Below, piece by piece: positions 54,101 to 64,000 of a DNA stretch of 64,000 bases. The notes under the pieces are model-generated. The model was given only the letters and a program-made list of their open reading frames with translations, was not told the origin of the DNA and did not search any database. The DNA comes from Lytechinus pictus (Eukaryota). The translations under genes were made by a program, and so were the position numbers. The stretch spans positions 37,884,001 to 37,948,000 of the forward strand of contig NC_087245.1 in assembly GCF_037042905.1 (NCBI RefSeq). Reading direction: 5' to 3'. Positions within the stretch are counted from its first letter, which is position 1. Every line of letters starts with the position of its first letter.

Positions 54101-57100
54101 AAGGGGGTATACTTTAACCATGGACTCAATCCAACCTCCTGCTCAGGTAATCGCTTCCTGATTTAAGGTGCACATAAACTTTCTTTTTCCCTATTATTTC
54201 TTGCAAAGATATACCAAGTTGTACATCCAAAAATAATTTAGGAAGGACTTCTCTGTCTCTTGAAGGAAGGACACAGCTTGCTTTGTATCCCGTTTTAGGG
54301 AGTGCTAATGGCCATTTTGGGGGAGTACCTATTATATGTCCAGCCTTCATAATGTTACCCCAAGGAGGTGATATCTCCTTGGTCACCCCCACAATAATAT
54401 TGACAACTGAACTCACATATAACTTGCGTAAACGTTTGATTGCATATTCATGTGGGACTATAATATACACATATATCATAGAGCTAGCTCTATGCATACA
54501 TGTATATGTATATCGAATATTATAACACTGAACACCATGCTACCATCTATAAAAACAATAGTGTTAATCATTATTATCAGACAAAAAAATCTCCAGATGT
54601 GTAATAATTTTGTTATTTATTATCAAACTACGTATAACATTGGTACAGCAAGCAGAACACACAAGTCACTATAAATGACAGATGACTGAAGGCTATTTTT
54701 CAAATTTGAGAAGAAAAATTCTTCGGTAGTAATTATTTTGTTTAATATACAAAAATGTAATTTGGTGTTATTTTGAACGTGTTATTTTGAACCACTTTGT
54801 TTAACTAAATTTTATGTAATATGGATGTATTATCATTTGACGGGCGCATCATTAATTATTGAAACAAGAAGTTTTCTAGAAGTGATTATACATGTATCAT
54901 TCATTCCATCTATATTTTTTTTCACTCGTGTGTCTTTTATTTGGGGGATGTGCATGTTTGGGGGCAGGGGCGTCGATCCATTTTTCAGATGGGAGGGGCA
55001 AAACCATGAGTCAGAAATCAACATTACAAAGGCGCTCGATCGCATAAAACGAACGAACTCTCACACACTAAACACTAATGAAAAAGGGGTATTGCCTACT
55101 GTATTCGCTACGTCCTTATTATAGAGTCCGATTTGAGCGAGCTCGAGCTGTGTGGGAAGGTGGGCGGTAATTAAATGGATGGTCCGGGCTGAAGATATTG
55201 GTATCTAAATAATGTAAAATGCTGAAAATTTGATCAGAATCGGATAACAAAGTTATTGAATTTTAAAGATTTGCATTAATCCGGTGAAACAGTACTAGGC
55301 ATGCGCCATGAATATTCATTAGGTGGGCTGATGATGTCATATCACCACTTAAATAATTAACATGTCCGATATAGGCCTACTTGTTTAGGGGTCAATTCAG
55401 GGAATTCTTGTGAAGGGTACCGTTTTGTTTCCAACGCAGATAGGGTTTTACACGCCAATTCTTGCTAAAGGGATGCTCCAGACTGAAGATATTTATATCT
55501 CGATAAATAAAGTAAAATTCACAGAGTAAAATGCTGAAAGTTTGATCCAAATCGGATGACAAAAAAGGAATTAATTGAATATAAAGATTTGTATTATTCC
55601 GGTGAAACAGTTCTAGGCATGTCTTGATGAATAATCATTAGGTGGGCTTATGATGTCTTATCCCCACTTTTTTTTTTTTTTTTTTGTATTTTATTATATG
55701 AAATTAGGTTTGTTCAAAAATTGTCTACCAAGAACTAAAACAATATTGAATTGACAATAAATTGATCAAGTTTATTAGTTATTTCTAGTGCTACAACTTA
55801 TTTCATCATAATGGAGACACATCATTTACACATCTATAAGACACATCATTTACACATCTATAACTTTGTTGTTTATAATCCGATTTTGATAAAATTTTCA
55901 GCATTTTGCTCTGTGAATATTTCTCTACATTAAGATACAAATATCTTCAGCCCTTAAGAGCTGTGCATTTTCCAAATAATGGAAAATACTTGTTTAGAAT
56001 GCTTTTCGAAACTCCTTGGTCGCGACTGTTATCCACTCGTCAATCGAAGCCCGCCCCCCCCCCCCCCACATATACACATTGATATAATATTTTTCATACC
56101 ATCTTGCAATTTTAAATGCCTTTTTAGCAGTTGTAAATGTTTAAAAATTTAATTCTTTAAACAGAAAAAAAATATCTACATGCACTTTCTTCATTCCTTG
56201 TTTGTTTAATTTACATTGAGCATCTTAATTCTGTGTTTTTGGTTTTAATTTGTCTTAATTCTGATCGTGACTTTGATTTCCCAATCTTTATAGTTCTGTT
56301 TTTCTGTCAATTTCAAAGAATAATTTGCGCTATGAAAAAGAGTATTATTATCATAGCCAAAAGCACAATCCATATCAATGTTTATACTGCAGATTTCTTT
56401 CAGAAATAATCCAACCATAGAGCTATTACAGATTGCTCTATGATCCAACCATCCCTAACCTACAATCATTCACACGTATTTGGATACAGGGAAATGTTTA
56501 TGGGAGTTGAGCAGCTCGGTGCCTACAAGTGGTTATTAGTCTTATCTTAAAGACTCTCTTTACATAAAATAAAAGCAGCTTCATTTTGAAATTACACTTA
56601 AAGTACTTAGCATTAGTACTTTGGCTAAACTTATAGTTGTTTTCATAAATATGGTAGGCCTACAGGTAATGCAATATTTTATTTTCTACTGTCTAGTCAC
56701 AATATGAATGGATTATCTTTGCAACGAATGCTTTAATGGTTTTAATTTTAATGTGTTACATCTTCAATGGTGGAGAAAATATTTAAATTTAGCAATTAAA
56801 AAACACACACATAATTTTGGTCAAATTAGAGGGAAGCACCCCCCCTCCCCGAATACTGTAAAGTGGTATTGTTCCAGCAATTTTCACTCACTTGCTCAGC
56901 TATAAAGGATCTAATAATTAAATCACAATGAATTTGAGCATGATCGTTTTACAAGTTTGAAAATGTGCAGATATGTTTTTATTATAAAATTGTGTGCATT
57001 CATGCTAATTTCATTCCATAACATCAGCTGTACAGATTTCTTTTGGAAAAGAACAATGGCAAAGGAAGGTGCTAGCTCATGTACATGAAGGGATGATATA

Positions 57101-58490
57101 ATGACGTACAACCTTATCCCACAAATGATGATTTATTATGATGGTATATATGATAACAATTATACTAAGGAAAATTAAAAAATAATCATAAATTTTTCTA
57201 AGCGCTGTATACTATTACAGTATTATCCCGCACTTTTCATGGTTTTAGTCCTGCCTGCTGATGATGATCTGATGCTCGGCATTAATTTCAAGGCATTTCT
57301 TCCTCCTGTATTACCTATACAGTGTATATGTCATGCATAACATGGCATATATACATATAACATATATACTGTTGGTCAGTTGAGTTGAGTTGAGGGAGAG
57401 TGAAATACTCTCATTTATTTCTTTCAATTGTATATATATATATAAAAAATGTATGTAAAAATATACAAATACACATTTGAACATAAATATACAAATATAA
57501 TTATGAAACATTAAGATGAGATTTTTTTAAACAATGAAAGAAAAAGGTGTCCCCAAAAGCCTCAAAGTCTTGAAAAAAGGATCCCAAGAATAAAACATAA
57601 GAATGATCACAAATAGAACAGAATACCGGAATGCGTCGCCACAACAGATCATACACAGAGCTGGATACATGTAATATGAGCTGAGCTGACTTTCAACAGA
57701 GAGTCAGTTCAGTACAATTCATTACTTCATTTATTCAAAAGTTCCATATAAAAATGACATAAATTCACATGTTCAAGAAGGCAATGCTCACATTTCTATA
57801 TGGTATATATTATCATAAAACGAGAACAAAAATAAGCCATCACGAATCATTGAAAATTGAAATCTAGGCATTTTATATTGCATAACATAATTATGTGGCA
57901 GCTGCTCGTTCATGACGTCACAAATCCAAAACTTAAAATTCTAATAATTTTCTTTAAGTTCTAAACTTCTAATGGATTTTCCTCAAACCCTCGCCAAAAT
58001 GTACATACTCCCTACATAATATTAGGCCCCAATTAGGCTGAGTTATATTCTAAACATAGACCCTAACCGTATGCTAACGTTATAACTCTAACTTTAGTTC
58101 CTGGCGATAACTGATACAGTGTACGTCTGGAGAAATTGCGCGCGTTTTTTTTTTTTTTTTTTTTTTTTGCTATTACAACAAACTTTTCCTAAGGGTGAAC
58201 TTCCCCTTTAACTCAAGTGTTGAAACGAGGCTCACAAACAGAAACAATGATTTATGCGTAGAAGAGCAGTAGTAATATACTTACTTGACATTGGGAGTGG
58301 TACTCGATCGTTCAACACCGTCATCATCATCATCATCATCATGGTCATCATGGTCATGCTCTACGTCTGTCGGCGTCAATGCGGGCAATTCACGAGTCTG
58401 GGGATCTGATCTGCTAACGTTGTCGATAGTGCTACGGGATGGTTGGTCCCAGATATTTGTCTGCTGTAGCTCCAATTGTAATTCCTCCAT
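41211..58490 (-). CDS. Transposon accessory protein: homeodomain + HMG box + GTF2I-like repeat + chromodomain, ~506 aa, 12 exons
   Basis: Phase-consistent exons: 58490-58285, 49972-49840, 48433-48322, 47893-47709, 47254-47104, 46816-46745, 46041-45877, 44234-44181, 42947-42843, 42290-42159 (GC donor), 41743-41693, 41365-41211 (1521 nt, no internal stop). Homeodomain: ELEAHF..LSKRTGVSASQIK/RWIHNRKRK. HMG: PRAYDAYLS..KAMKQAPVQWKRLS..KYKKLAEQ. I-repeat: LRTKVTNMLNKKY..VPYTK..VEGLPHGV..IKF. Chromodomain: YYVEKLL..YKVQWRGFPLSAATWEPCENL. Confidence 0.85.
44340..44990 (+). mobile_element. Degraded 3' fragment of an L2/CR1-type LINE (RT C-terminus) in an intron of the accessory gene
   Basis: Frameshifted peptides SKLDYCNSLLYGIP, LHWLPI, LRSS..LQIP, GDQAF..KLWNSLPLEVR..FKSKLKTHL. 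Confidence 0.85.
47989..48180. repeat. (AGT)n microsatellite
   Basis: Long AGT/TAG run; source of the spurious poly-Leu ORF. Confidence 0.95.
48668..49272. mobile_element. Kolobok-like MITE; partial copies at ~40120-40293 and ~61890-62241
   Basis: TTAA-AGGTCATGTCCACCCCA ... TGGGGTGGACTTGTCCT-TTAA. Confidence 0.75.
52034..52682. mobile_element. Tc1-like non-autonomous element
   Basis: TA-CAGTTGAGGCTGAAAGTTTACATACACC ... GGTGAATGTAGACTTCTGGCCTCAACTG; ends resemble classical Tc1-family IRs. Confidence 0.75.
52982..53654. mobile_element. MITE with internally duplicated halves
   Basis: TGAAGAG..AAAAGGGGTTAGGTCCA / AACCCCTTTTGCAACCAAACTCTTCA; 53020-53240 resembles 53425-53654. Confidence 0.6.
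55172..55917. mobile_element. Kolobok-like MITE remnants (related piece at ~51420-51806)
   Basis: GGATGGTCCGGGCTGAAGAT starts at ~55177 and ~55470; TTCAGCCGGGACCATCCCTTTAA end at 51806; shared interior. Confidence 0.55.
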
Positions 58491-58499
58491 CTTTTTTAA

Positions 58500-58700
58500 G
58501 ATATTGCTCGAATTGTGCCTCAATCACTTTGGTTGAATGATGAACGCTTTGCAACCAGGCGCGACGTGCAGCTAGCTAGATATCAATTCGTAATTTATAT
58601 TACGGCTGAACTGGCGACAACTTATAGTACCGTATCAAACGGCAAAACTTTTTCCACCAATCAGCGCGCGTAGCTAGCTGACGGTTTTGGGAGCTAGTCT
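58500..58700 (-). promoter_or_regulatory. Putative inward-facing promoter of the accessory gene in the right terminal region
   Basis: CpG-rich; CCAATCAG at ~58657; only 210 bp between the terminus and the ATG at 58490. Confidence 0.5.
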
Positions 58701-58708
58701 TTGCGTTC
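58701..58708. repeat. Right target-site duplication TTGCGTTC
   Basis: Exact match to 13119-13126. Confidence 0.75.
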
Positions 58709-58821
58709 TGGCTGCAGACACACAAAATCACCATTTCGCATAAGCAGCCAGTGCCATATGTCACGATGATCCCGAACTCAAGAATTTCGTCCTTTATTGC
58801 AGACGAACATGACGTTAATTT

Positions 58822-59019
58822 CAGGGGCCGCGGAACGGTTTTCAAAGTGGGGGGGGGGGGGGGGGGCTGAGCCAAAAGTGTGGGGGGGGGGAGGCTGACC
58901 ATGCAAAAAATCACAATCCTATGGCCATTTTTACGTTTTTGTACACGGTTTTGAAAAAAGTGGGGGGGGGGGGGGCTGAAGCCCCCCAGCTCCCCCCCCC
59001 CTCACTTCCGCGGCCCCTG
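58822..59019. mobile_element. Short MITE (same family as 1205-1358)
   Basis: CAGGGGCCGCGGAA ... TTCCGCGGCCCCTG, flanked by AATTT on both sides. Confidence 0.75.
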
Positions 59020-59279
59020 AATTTCATCTCAAATAGAAAAAAAAGTTGGAAATTAAACTAAGGAAACAGGCCTAACATTGCAAAAATACGCCAAACGTAT
59101 TACAGCTAGGTAAATTTCGCCCTCTCTAGTTAGTTTTCTATACAATTATTACAACTTTCGGCCTAAAGTGCAACCATGGACACAGTCCATGTAACAACAT
59201 TAGTTTTAATTTTCTGCCCCCCCCCCCCCCCCCATGGCGTATCTAGTGGGAGGCAAGGGGGCACGCTTTTTTTTTATTT

Positions 59280-61035
59280 GGTGGAAAAATTTCATTCGGG
59301 GATGGGTCATCATAGTTGTTTTTTAGATGGTGGAAAAAGTTAATTCAGGGATGGGGTCATCATAATTGCTTTTTATATGGTCGAAAAAGTTAATTCAGGG
59401 ATGGGTCATCATAGTTGTTTTTTTATATGGTGGAAAAAAAAGTTAATTCAGGGAGGGGGTCATCATAGTTTTGTTTTATATTGTGGAAAAAAAGTTAATT
59501 CAGGGAGGGGGTCATCATAATTGTTTTTTATATGGTGGAAAAAGTTAATTCAGGGATGGGGTCATCATAATTGTTTTTATATGGTGGAAAAAGTTAATTC
59601 AGGGAAGGGGTCATCATAGTTGTTTTTATATGGTGGAAAAAAAGTTAATTCAGGGAGGGGGTCATCGTACTTGTTTTTTTATATGCTGGAAAAAAGTTAA
59701 TTCAGGGAGGGTGTCATCATAATTGTTTTTTATATAGTGGAAAAAGTTAATTCTGGGAAGGGGTCATCATAGTTGTTTTTATATGGTGGAAAAAAGTAAA
59801 TTCAGGGAGGGGGTCATCATAGTTGTTTTTTATATGGTGGAAAAAGTTAATTCAGGGATGGGGTCATCATAATTGTTTTTTATATGGTGGAAAAAGTTAA
59901 TTCTGGGACGGGTCATCATAGTTGTTTTTTATATAGTGGAAAAAAGTTAATTCAGGGAGGGGGTCATCATAATTGTTTTTTATATGGTGGAAAAAGTTAT
60001 TCAGGGAAGGGGTCATCATAGTTGTTTTTTATATGGTGGAAAAAAGTTAATTCAGGGAGGGGGTCATCATAGTTGTTTTTTATATGGTGGAAAAAGTTAA
60101 TTCAGGGATGGGGTCATCATAATTGTTTTTATATGGTGGAAAAAGTTAATTCAGGGAAGGAGTCATCATAGTTGTTTTTATATGGTGGAAAAAAAGTTAA
60201 TTCAGGGAGGGGGTCATCGTAATTGTTTTTTTATATGCTGGAAAAAAGTTAATTCAGGGAGGGTGTCATCATAATTGTTTTTTATATAGTGGAAAAAGTT
60301 AATTCTGGGATGGGTCATCATAGTTGTTTTTTTATATGGTGGAAAAAAGTTAATTCAGGGAGGGGGTCATCGTACTTGTTTTTTTATATGCTGGAAAAAA
60401 GTTAATTCAGGGAGGGTGTCATCATAATTGTTTTTTATATGGTGGAAAAAGTTAATTCTGGGAAGGGGTCGTCATAGTTGTTTTTATATGGTGGAAAAAA
60501 AGTTAATTCAGGGAGGGGGTCATCATAGTTGTTTTTTATATAGTGGAAAAAAGTTAATTCAGGGAGGGGGTCATCATAATTGTTTTTTATATGGTGGAAA
60601 AAGTTATTCAGGGAAGGGGTCATCATAGTTGTTTTTTATATGGTGGAAAAAAAGTTAATTCAGGGATGGGGTCATCATAATTGTTTTTTATATGGTGGAA
60701 AAAGTTAATTCTGGGATGGGTCATCATAGTTGTTTTTTATATGGTGGAAAAAGTTAATTCAGGGATGGGGTCATCATAATTGTTTTTTATATGGTGGAAA
60801 AAGTTAATTCTGGGATGGGTCATCATAGTTGTTTTTTATATAGTGGAAAAAAGTTAATTCAGGGAGGGGGTCATCATAATTGTTTTTTATATGGTGGAAA
60901 AAGTTATTCAGGGAAGGGGTCATCATAGTTGTTTTTTATATGGTGGAAAAAAAGTTAATTCAGGGAGGGGGTCATCATAGTTGTTTTTTATATGGTGAAA
61001 AAAAAAGTTAATTCATGGAGGGGGTCATCATGATA
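59280..61035. repeat. Minisatellite, ~44-45-bp unit, roughly 39 copies
   Basis: Unit ~TATATGGTGGAAAAAAGTTAATTCAGGGAGGGGGTCATCATAGTTGTTTTT repeated head to tail with no unique spacers. Confidence 0.95.
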
Positions 61036-64000
61036 GTGTTTTTTTATATGGTGCAAATACCGTTAGTGTGGAAATATATATATATTTGGGTGGTATAGTT
61101 CAGGAGTGATTCACCTATTCCAAAGGATATGGTCTCTGTATAATATTTTTCATAAATTAAAGTTTTTGGCAATATTTTGCAAGTTGCATGGTCTGTTTGA
61201 AGTTGTACCTGGGGACTGTTGATGTCTTAATATTTAAACATTGGTGGTAAGATTTTATTTATATACACGTTAATTCTTCACGTTAAGTTGGTAGGCCCTA
61301 TTCTGATTAATTCACTGTCGTATCGAGGGGGACTTTGAAGGCTCTCGCCCCTCCCCCCCCCAAAAAAAAAAAATCACGACCAAGAAAAAAGAGAAAAGCC
61401 AAAAGGTGAACTTTTATTATTTTCAATATATTTTGTCAAAATCTATCACAAACATTTGTTTTGTTTAATAAAAATGTACGCGTGCTTAACAAATATTACA
61501 AATCATAACTGAAATAATTTGAAAATTCTTAAACGTTTAATATAACATAGAAATTATATTGTGAATTGTTTTTAATAACCATTGACTTATTGTGTTTTTA
61601 AAAGTTTTATTATGAATAATTTAATCAATCTATCACATGCATTCCCCTGTTATTCATTCATATTTATCAATAACTTACTGTGCAAATGGAGGTGAATAAT
61701 TTAATTTTCTCTGTATTTTTTTTTTACAATTTATTTTTAATTTATACCCTGTGAAGCATGTCGTAATTCAGTTTTTACTGCGATACATGTCTACTGATTA
61801 AACCATTAAATGAAATGATGGCAAATCGAGGGGGGTGCACAGCCGCCCGTGGCCCACTCCCTTTGAGATGAACAACTATTTCTTGGGTGTTCCATTATAT
61901 GAAATATTGCAATTTTATTATCATTGTCAAGTGAAACATCGATTACTTCTTCCCTGAACATGTGTACTTAGCATTGATTAATACTATATGATTAATAAAG
62001 TCAAGTTTGGTTCCTTTTTGTCATATTTGTGCAAAATGAAATATCGTAAAATTAAAACAAAAACGTAGTGAGTGAAGGTCATTATCGATTGTCTCATGTC
62101 ACTGAGTTGTGCATATCACTGTTTTGTGAAAAGTAAGCGAAACTTTAAAATGTCATATAACTTTTTTATTTTACATCTGATTTTGATGCTAATTTGATTT
62201 TTCTCCATTCAACATTTTCGGGGGGTGGACGTGACCTTTAAAAGGAGACCATATAAGTGAATGTGATGTGATTAATCATTTTTTTATGTAGGATAGTTCG
62301 ATTTTGGGTAAGATAAGTATTGCTATTATTTCGTCATATTTTTCAATCGTTTTTTTTTAATGAGTTTGCTCTTAGATTATAAACCTAAACACCAATGGCG
62401 TATTGAAGGGGGGGGGGGGGGGGAGACAACGAAAGAAAAAGTAGTTAGTTTTTGTAAATTATGTTAAAATATTATGTCACAAAATATATCTTTTATTTTG
62501 AAATGGTAACGAATTTTGCTTGCTCACGAATATTTATAATTTGTTTTGCCCGTACAATTGTTCAGCCCACTCATTTTTTGTACTCAATATAAAATAATTG
62601 AAGAGGAGAAAAATATATATCATTAGGGCACTGGCGGATCCAGGGGGGGGGGGGGGGCAAACCGACCCGTGCCCCCTTTTGAGAGGTACAATTACAAAAT
62701 ATTAATGTAAAATGCCGTTAAAACAAAAGTGTGCCCCCCCCCCCCTCCGCTTGTTAAAGCGAAGACCTTTATTATTTTGTTTATTTGCTTGTCAATTTTT
62801 TCCTCGGGAAAAATATGCCCCCCCCCCTTTGGAAAATCCTGGATCCCCCTTCATTAGGGGTATCGGAAAACGGCGGGAAGGGAATGGATTCGAAAGTACT
62901 GGGACACCAACAGTCCTACTAGAAAAAAAGGAAGAGATTCCTATAAATTTAGTTGTTATCTAAGTTGCCTCATGTATGAAGCAACTTACCCCTTTTGGTC
63001 AAAATACATGCACAAATGTGTGAAAATATATTTTCTTGCATCAGAAAGTCAGTATAAAGTCCAATCAAAGAATGCACCAATAAGTCATAAAATATCAGTT
63101 CTTGTTATGGGCGGGGGAGGGGGGTTATACTCTGGCCAGTGGCATTATGAGTAAACAAAAGTGAGCGGCGGACGGGTAAAAACGTCTAAACAGTGGCGAA
63201 TCTAGCAATTATTCAAAAAAGTATTTTTCTTGTGACAGATATTTAATATTTGAAATAAAAATCTGATTTCACCCCCTTGTCCTATCTTTTTTTCTACCCC
63301 CCCCCCCTTCCATCAGTCGTGGATGGAACTTGTTTGCAGGGGTCGGGGTGGCTAAAGCTATCAGCCCCTAAGTTCCCTATATCTGTAGGCCATGACTATA
63401 TATGGCACCCTTCCCCTAAATTTTGATGTTTGAAGCCATGGGCGAACCATCTACCCCTGATGGACCAGCGCCGTCTGAAATAAAATGATGTCTCCTTTTG
63501 TCAGAAATACAAACATGTTCTTATCATTCACCTAGCTCGTAGCAATCACTTTCCACCTTTTTACATAGAGCTAATAGACCTTTTTATATGGTTAGGATTT
63601 GGACCAATGTCGGAATCCTTTACTCACTTTTCCCTGCCAATTTCTATTCGTAGCTTGAGATATTGGTACACATGCAATATTTAATAAGAGTAGACAAATT
63701 GTCACTCTGGGTTCTTCCTTATTCTTTACATCTACCCCTCCCCCCCACACACACACACCCTCACACAAACCCATATACACACAATGAGTGATTTCTAGTT
63801 CAGTGTTGACCTATTGATGCTTGTGTTAAGTCTATTTTTACAAGAGTATAACACCAAACATAAAATAAATGAAGATGGTCCTGAAAAGTCACTCACTAGT
63901 TGTTCAGGTGTCAATAATGTGATGTGGATCAGTTTTACAAACTCAGAATAGGTTTTGGAGCTAGGGGAAGCAATCCAAATTCCAACATCAACACCGAAAC

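Larger units (their letters stand above)
13127..58700 (+). mobile_element. Giant (45,574 bp) KDZ/Zisupton-type DNA transposon carrying two convergent genes
   Basis: Identical 8-mer TTGCGTTC at 13119-13126 and 58701-58708. Left end AGGCTTAGC..CAGCTA versus reverse-complemented right end AGACT-AGC..CAGCTA. Encloses an intact KDZ transposase and a second gene whose ATG is 210 bp from the right end. 8-bp TSDs are reported for Zisupton. Confidence 0.78.

Noticed and set aside
54126..54497. 123-aa minus-strand ORF within intron 1 of the accessory gene
   Set aside because: No recognisable motif or clear splice sites; exons 1 and 2 join in phase without it.
58701..58810. Severed MMP coding exon ending at the GTAAGT donor beside the TSD
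   Set aside because: The phase-compatible frame (MALAAYAKW*FCVSAARTQ) has a stop, and no frame resembles the end of an MMP catalytic domain.
59280..61035. Possible CRISPR array
   Set aside because: Units are contiguous with no unique spacers, there are no cas genes, and the context is eukaryotic.
63430..63735. Possible minus-strand exons with a signal-peptide-like stretch
   Set aside because: Splice-like sites exist but the joined frames hit stops and no domain is recognisable.

Overview
AT-rich, intron-containing animal genomic DNA. The repeat landscape is sea-urchin-like (inference only). The main feature is a ~45.6-kb candidate KDZ (Kyakuja-Dileera-Zisupton) DNA transposon at 13127-58700. 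It is flanked by a perfect 8-bp direct repeat (TTGCGTTC, 13119-13126 and 58701-58708) and has short imperfect inverted ends (AGGCT...AGTCT). It carries two convergent, intron-rich genes that I spliced by hand into uninterrupted frames. The first is an 18-exon, ~837-aa KDZ transposase (+, 16807-38858). The second is a 12-exon, ~506-aa protein (-, 58490-41211) with a homeodomain, an HMG box, a GTF2I (TFII-I)-like repeat and a C-terminal chromodomain. The element sits just upstream of four hemopexin-domain exons of a minus-strand MMP-like gene with a GPI-type tail (12878-10569), probably inside one of its introns. The rest is non-autonomous DNA transposons, a tRNA-derived SINE, an L2/CR1 LINE fragment and a ~44-bp minisatellite. 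All gene models and domain calls are by-eye motif recognition and need HMM and RNA-seq confirmation.
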